Assembly: GCA_964400255.1 (NCBI GenBank)
Contig: CAYNTR010000001.1
Span: 1 to 61,064 of the forward strand
DNA: 61,064 nucleotides
DNA from: an uncultured Halobacteria archaeon
GTDB taxonomy: Archaea > Halobacteriota > Syntropharchaeia > Alkanophagales > Methanospirareceae
Direction: 5' to 3'
The notes under the pieces were generated by a model. It did not search any database, was not told where the DNA came from, and saw nothing but the letters and a program-made list of their open reading frames with translations. Positions 56,269 through 61,064 of this stretch are shown here, piece after piece; within the stretch, counting starts at the first letter, position 1; each line of letters starts with the position of its first letter. Position numbers and translations under genes: made by a program.

Positions 56269-57306
56269 CTACATCCTTATTTTCCGTTGATGTTTTGCAT
56301 ACCCTGCGTAATCGAGATATTTTTTCGTAAGAAGGAATGATTCAACCTTCGGCGCTCGCTCCCGCAGCTCATCGATCCGGTCGGTAACGCGCAATACAAA
56401 CGCGTCGGAACCCGCGCCCGAGCCAAACGAGGTCATTAATATCCGTTGCGAAGGCATTGCCTGGTCAAGGGTTGCGGCAAGCCCTATCAACGAAGATGCG
56501 GAATACGTGTTTCCGAAGTGCGTGACCATCAGACCCGGTTTGAGTTGGGCGGAGGAGAACCCGAGCGACTTTGCAGCCTTGAGTGGGAATTTGCCGTTCG
56601 GTTGATGGAAGACGGCGAAGTCAAAATCCGTGGGTTGAAGGCCCGTTTTTTCCATCAATGCCTGAGAAGCGGCGATGGTATGCCGGAAATACGCAGGTTC
56701 ACCGGTGAAGCGACCGCCGTGTGCGGGGTATTTCTGGAGGTCTCGGCGCCAGAAGTCCGGGGTATCGGTGGTAAAAGACGCATACTCCTCTATCTCCGCG
56801 ACGATGTTGTCGTGCCCGATGACAAAAGCGGCGGCACCGGCGCCGGCGGAATATTCTAACGCATCGCCCGGGCTTGATTGCGAGACATCCGCACCGATCG
56901 CAACGCCGTAGGTTACTTTATTGAGCGATACGAGGCCCATACACGTTTGTATTGCTGCAGTACCCGCTTTACAGGCGAATTCGAAGTCTGCAGCGGTGAT
57001 AGAGTGTGGCGCACCGAGTGCCGCCGCAACGATAGTGGCGGTGGGCTTGACGGCATAGGGGTGGCTTTCCGAGCCGACGTAGATGGCACCAATGTTCGCG
57101 GGATTCAGTTCCGCTCGGCGGATCGCAGCACGAGCGGCCTCTACCGCCATTGTCGCGGTATCTTCATCGAGGTCAGGCACGGACTTCTCTTCCACGAGCA
57201 ACCCGGCCTTGATGTTCTCGGGATTTTCACCCCACTGTCTCGCGATATCATCCACTCGTATCCTATACAAAGGCACGTAGACGCCATACGAGACTAATCC
57301 TATCAT
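56269..57306 (-). CDS. Hydroxymethylglutaryl-CoA synthase (archaeal type)
   Basis: [18 protein letters not shown] and FHQPNGKF are HMGCS signatures. The gene lies immediately upstream of the thiolase. Confidence 0.85.
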   Translation of the reverse strand: MIGLVSYGVYVPLYRIRVDDIARQWGENPENIKAGLLVEEKSVPDLDEDTATMAVEAARAAIRRAELNPANIGAIYVGSESHPYAVKPTATIVAAALGAPHSITAADFEFACKAGTAAIQTCMGLVSLNKVTYGVAIGADVSQSSPGDALEYSAGAGAAAFVIGHDNIVAEIEEYASFTTDTPDFWRRDLQKYPAHGGRFTGEPAYFRHTIAASQALMEKTGLQPTDFDFAVFHQPNGKFPLKAAKSLGFSSAQLKPGLMVTHFGNTYSASSLIGLAATLDQAMPSQRILMTSFGSGAGSDAFVLRVTDRIDELRERAPKVESFLLTKKYLDYAGYAKHQRKIRM

Positions 57307-58447
57307 GAGAAATAGATTTATGGGCGCAGATAATAAAAGTTACGTTAAGATGAACGAAGAGCTGAAAGATTACCTGGCGCGCAAATTTGGAACGCCACTG
57401 AAACTCATCAGTGTAACGGAATTAGGACTGGAGTCGGATTCCAAGCAGAGGGAGGAGCGTGATATAAAAGGGTTCGGGTATGGGAAACCGTACCTCGTTG
57501 AGTTTGAGCGGGGAGGAGAAGTAAAGGAAGTCGTTATCTCCACGATGAAGGGTGATGGGTTCGGGCATGACCATTTCTCGGACCGTGCACAGATCATGCT
57601 CTGGCAGCACCATGCGTTCAATACGCTGCCGAAGCATGTGAAGTCACGCGATGTCGGGTACCTCACAAAAGACGGAAAGATGGAATCGACCAGTGATGCG
57701 GAGGAATTTTTTATTGTCTGTGATAAAGTGGAAGGCGAGGAATACGTTCACGATTTAAACCGATTACGAGACGGTGGGCAATTACGCGCGCTGGATAAGG
57801 AACGAGTATCTGCGTTGGCTTCGTATCTGGCTGAGATTCATGCAGTGAAGAAAGACGATGAGCAGCTTTACGTGCGAAGGATACGGGAGTTGGTGGGGCA
57901 TAGCGAATGCATCTTCGGATTGACAGACAGTTATCCTCCACATAGTGAATTCATAACGGGCGATACACTGAAAGAAATAGAGAAAAAGTGCATCGACTGG
58001 CGCTGGAAACTGAAAGAGCGGACGAACAGGTTATGCCAAGTGCACGGGGATTTCCACCCGTGGAACGTGATGTTCCGGGAAGGCACTGATTTCACGGTAC
58101 TCGACCGCAGCCGGGGCGAATGGGGCGAAGTGGCAGATGACGTCTCATCAATGACCATCAATTATCTCTTTTTCGGGCTGCTCAAAACGGATGGTAAGGA
58201 GCTTGATCGAGAGTTCAAGGAGTTATTCGAGCTGTTCTTTGACGTTTACCTGAAGAAGACGGGCGATTACGAGTTGCTGGAGGTGATTCAGCCGTTTTAT
58301 GCGTTTCGGGGGCTTGTCGTTGCATCGCCTGTTTGGTACCCCAACATCTCGCTGGCTACACGGCGGAAATTGTTTAACATCATCAAGAACGTGCTCGACG
58401 CGGAGAAGTTTGATTATAAGGGCGTGGAAAAGTATTTGGAAGGATAG
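57305..58447 (+). CDS. Aminoglycoside-phosphotransferase-like (protein-kinase-fold) phosphotransferase
   Basis: [11 protein letters not shown] catalytic loop followed by [10 protein letters not shown]. The true start may be 57320 or 57350 (MNEELKDY), because 57305 overlaps the divergent HMGCS ATG. Confidence 0.65.
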   Translation: MRNRFMGADNKSYVKMNEELKDYLARKFGTPLKLISVTELGLESDSKQREERDIKGFGYGKPYLVEFERGGEVKEVVISTMKGDGFGHDHFSDRAQIMLWQHHAFNTLPKHVKSRDVGYLTKDGKMESTSDAEEFFIVCDKVEGEEYVHDLNRLRDGGQLRALDKERVSALASYLAEIHAVKKDDEQLYVRRIRELVGHSECIFGLTDSYPPHSEFITGDTLKEIEKKCIDWRWKLKERTNRLCQVHGDFHPWNVMFREGTDFTVLDRSRGEWGEVADDVSSMTINYLFFGLLKTDGKELDREFKELFELFFDVYLKKTGDYELLEVIQPFYAFRGLVVASPVWYPNISLATRRKLFNIIKNVLDAEKFDYKGVEKYLEG

Positions 58448-58688
58448 ATAGAAATACGACAACAAGGCTGCGTGAGCGTATTTTGTAGGAATGATCTGAA
58501 GCACTAATGAGCAAGCAGATTGCAGGATCAATACCAGAGTTGTAGCTAGCGATTATGCGTTATGTACGCGGAACGCCAAAGATGAGCTGCCACAAAAACC
58601 GTTGAACTATTTGAATTTGCGATAAATCGGCTCGGCTTTTGTGGTCTGTCTCAATCTTTTTATTAGGGCTTTCAATTTTACAATTTTC

Positions 58689-59378
58689 TCATTTTGCAAC
58701 CCAAACATCTGCCTGAGGGTCATATTCAAAGTCTTTTGGATCACCTGGGCAGATTGAACCAACATGTTCAATACCAGTTTGTCTATCTTTTATTATCGTT
58801 TGATATAGGCCAACAATGCTTTGTTCTACCCTAACTTCTGTCGAGGCATCTTGATAAATGATGCCGTTCCCTTGGTTTTTTCCAATAGCAGATCTCTCCA
58901 CAATAGGAGGCATTACTATTCGAATCTCTCTTTTTACATTTGCCTTCTCTATAATCTTCTTAATTTTCTCTACGGATTTATCGGAAAAAGTGTTGTCGAT
59001 AAATCGTTTCTCGAAATTGGTCTTTCTAAAACTTAACACATACTCATTTTTATCATTTAAATTCCATTTCATGATGTCATCTACGAAAAAGGTAAAAAGG
59101 TGAGTGTTTCCCCCATTACCAGCATCAATATATAAAAAGGTAACAAAAGAACCCTTTACATATTCTTGTGGAATTTTAATCGATGACGATCCAGAATTAA
59201 TCAAAGACCTCCCTTTACATTGAATCCGACAAATGCTAACACTATCTTTTACCTCCATTAGAGCGATTAAGTCAGCACCTTCCCTATCAAACTTAGGTTT
59301 TAATATGAGGATACCAGCACTTTCTAATTTGTGTGCTACTAAATCCTCTGCGGTGGATTCCATGAGTTTTGTATCCAT
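58689..59378 (-). CDS. Hypothetical protein with a DUF4365-like PD-(D/E)xK N-terminal domain
   Basis: AEDLVAHKLESAG...FDREGADLIAL...ICRIQCKGRS fits the E...D...(Q/E)xK nuclease pattern. The C-terminal ~100 aa are unassigned. AT-rich. Confidence 0.45.
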   Translation of the reverse strand: MDTKLMESTAEDLVAHKLESAGILILKPKFDREGADLIALMEVKDSVSICRIQCKGRSLINSGSSSIKIPQEYVKGSFVTFLYIDAGNGGNTHLFTFFVDDIMKWNLNDKNEYVLSFRKTNFEKRFIDNTFSDKSVEKIKKIIEKANVKREIRIVMPPIVERSAIGKNQGNGIIYQDASTEVRVEQSIVGLYQTIIKDRQTGIEHVGSICPGDPKDFEYDPQADVWVAK

Positions 59379-59398
59379 ATTTCTCTCAATCCATGAGC

Positions 59399-59465
59399 CC
59401 TAACATTGCTTTTTATATTTATTCTATTATTTCCCAAATCGTATAAATAACCATTGGTAAATTAC
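59399..59465 (-). promoter_or_regulatory. Conserved upstream element U1 (TATA-containing) of the 58689-59378 gene
   Basis: About 75% identical by eye to 60939-61004. The minus strand contains TTATTTATACGATTTGGGAAATAATAGAATAAATATAAAAAGCAATGTTAGG. Confidence 0.45.
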
Positions 59466-59514
59466 TATCTTATATCCTAAATTATTTCAAATCAACGCCG
59501 GAGTAAGAGCGTGA

Positions 59515-59766
59515 CGTAAAGGGGTTCGGGATTTCAACGCGTTATATGACCTGTTTTTTGACGTCTACCTCAACGAGACAGGAGATTATGAATTATTAGG
59601 GGTCATACAGCCCTTTTATGCGTTTCGAGGGCTCGTGGTCGCGTCGCCCGTATGGTATCCCAACATTTCACTGGCTACCCGACGGAAGTTGTTTAACTTC
59701 ATCAAGAACGTGCTTGAAGCGGAGGAGTTTGAGTATAAGGGTGTGAGTAAGTATTTGGAGGGATGA
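59515..59766 (+). pseudogene. Orphan 3' fragment of a kinase-like gene (duplicate of 58208-58447)
   Basis: The fragment translates to [79 protein letters not shown]. That is ~80% identical to the C-terminus of the intact gene. It is preceded by an in-frame TGA and has no start codon. Confidence 0.85.
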
Positions 59767-59907
59767 AGTGGTAATCGTAAGAGATTTTATCTCGAGGACC
59801 CGAAGCTCAAGAATACCCTCAACGAGTGCCTCCACGGATAAAGTCCTCACTGCTCTAACGGCCAAGCTCAGCTGCGCCGCTTTAGTGGCGTCGGTTGGAG
59901 TAGATTG

Positions 59908-60905
59908 TTAGGTACTAAATTGTAACACTTTCTTTAGTTCGCTTAGCAGATGCGCTGATTCTTCTCGGTTTAGATAAGGAACTTTGATTGTGCGAGCCCC
60001 AAAAAAGGATTTACCCGTCACCTGTGAAACTTGGCTAAATGGCATACATTTAATGATGCCCTGATCGCGCTTAGGAATTGGCGTAAGAAATCTCACATCT
60101 CGGTATTTTTCATCTGGCCCCTCATCCTTCACTGATCCAATTACTTCCGCAGCAGCGACGATACCCACCCACTTGTGCGAAAAGAAGACAAGGTCCTTAG
60201 GATTAAGATATTCAACGACATATTTTATATTGCCGTATGCGGCTACACGAGATTTTTCCATCATTTCCCATATGGCGTCTTCGTAATAGCTACGGTTCGT
60301 ATCGAATAGCACTCCTTTTATGACTGCTGGATTTTGGTGTCTATCATATGGTAAAGCAAAAAACTCAAAATAGTATTGCTCGCCAATTCTATATACGCGA
60401 TAAGGTAAAAAATCAGCAGATAGACCTTGTCGCTTCCAGTAATCTACAGCATTTATTAACGCATCGTTTGCAGCGTTGCCAACAATGACGAACTGTTGCC
60501 GTCTGTTGAACTCGGAGGGTAATAAGGGGCGCTCTAGGTTGAAAGCTTCTTTATGTGCTTCAGCCAATGAAACTGCATCCTTTTGGTAATATGTCTTGTA
60601 TCGCTCTTCAAGTTTGTTATATGTCCACTGCCCGGCATCTTGGGCATAACGCAGCGCTTGGAGCATGGCATCAGCGCCGGCAAATCCCCATCGTGGTTTA
60701 GGGCGTAAATATCGGCCTCTGCTTGCATCGCTCGCTCTTGGAATATTGGCATAAGGGCAGCACCTTCAAAAAGCACATCAAATAAATGTTCCGCTAAAAT
60801 TATCTCTAAATCCTTCTCAAGCATCCTAAGTTCTGAGAAATCAAGAAAGGGGAGAGATTCCAAATTTTCGAACGCATCATCTGATCTTGTTAGCTTGTAA
60901 AGCAT
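59908..60905 (-). pseudogene. Frameshifted nuclease-like (NucS/DUF91-type N-terminus) plus EVE/PUA-like C-terminal gene
   Basis: Two overlapping ORFs (60534-60905 and 59908-60666) read as one gene broken near 60670-60700. The N-terminal part ends ...AEADIYALNHDGDL where an ExK strand is expected. The second frame continues GADAMLQALRYA. The C-terminus has DLVFFSHKWVGIVAAAEVIGSV (EVE-like). Confidence 0.45.
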
Positions 60906-60938
60906 AGTAGCTCCTTGATGCTTTGATAGCCAAAAGCA

Positions 60939-61004
60939 CCTAACTTGCTTTTTATCTTTATCCTAGTATTTCTCAATCGGATATAAATAAACGTAGTAAT
61001 TTAT
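60939..61004 (-). promoter_or_regulatory. Conserved upstream element U2 of the 59908-60905 gene
   Basis: Homologous to U1. The minus strand contains TTATTTATATCCGATTGAGAAATACTAGGATAAAGATAAAAAGCAAGTTAGG. Confidence 0.45.
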
Positions 61005-61064
61005 CATACCTCTTAAGTATATCGTGCCGAAAAGAAAGGATTATAAAGATGCACAATCCATTTT

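Noticed and set aside
58560-58650. Imperfect inverted repeat GCCACAAAAACCG ... CGGCTTTTGTGGT downstream of the DUF4365-like gene.
   Set aside because: The stem is interrupted and the loop is ~37 nt. That is too weak to call a terminator or att site.
59668-59865. 65-aa minus-strand ORF.
   Set aside because: It is antisense to the orphan kinase 3' fragment, whose plus-strand translation is ~80% identical to the intact gene's C-terminus. It is a shadow ORF.

Overview
Archaeal chromosomal window, probably from a euryarchaeon. The call rests on gene content: thermosome, membrane LonB, A/V-ATPase subunit I, FrhB-like protein, geranylgeranyl reductase, Taw1, Orc1/Cdc6, the L7Ae-S28e-L24e operon, ABCE1, prefoldin, and the archaeal HMG-CoA synthase/thiolase pair. 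A methanogen/ANME-like lineage is only an inference. I found no rRNA, tRNA or CRISPR array. Housekeeping genes are interrupted by several accessory islets: (1) a frameshifted IS5-family element plus an orphan HEPN-like ORF (1-1.8 kb). (2) A RelE-type toxin-antitoxin (TA) cassette bounded by a ~110-bp duplication of the neighbouring gene's promoter and 5' end, next to an AT-rich HExxH ORF (4.3-6.4 kb). (3) A repeat array and an AT-rich operon of small membrane proteins (14.7-17.2 kb). (4) HicAB and a second RelE-type pair on either side of ABCE1 (26.3-29.4 kb). (5) An 11.8-kb, nine-gene type I R-M operon (30.4-42.2 kb): hsdM, an AlbA_2/Schlafen-like gene, a DUF1016 nuclease, a PIN multi-domain fusion, ASCH, hsdS, a DUF3644-like gene, hsdR and RadC. 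(6) Two nuclease cassettes at the 3' end of a kinase-like gene, each with a copy of the kinase 3' end and a shared upstream element (58.2-61.0 kb). The strongest candidate for an undescribed system is the overlapping pair embedded between hsdM and hsdS: a PIN / GNAT-like / PUA-like fusion followed by a stand-alone ASCH gene. The hsdM-3'/hsdS-5' junction sequence recurs at four gene boundaries in that operon, which suggests cassette-wise insertion. All family assignments come from reading motifs in the translations. No database search or numerical computation was run.
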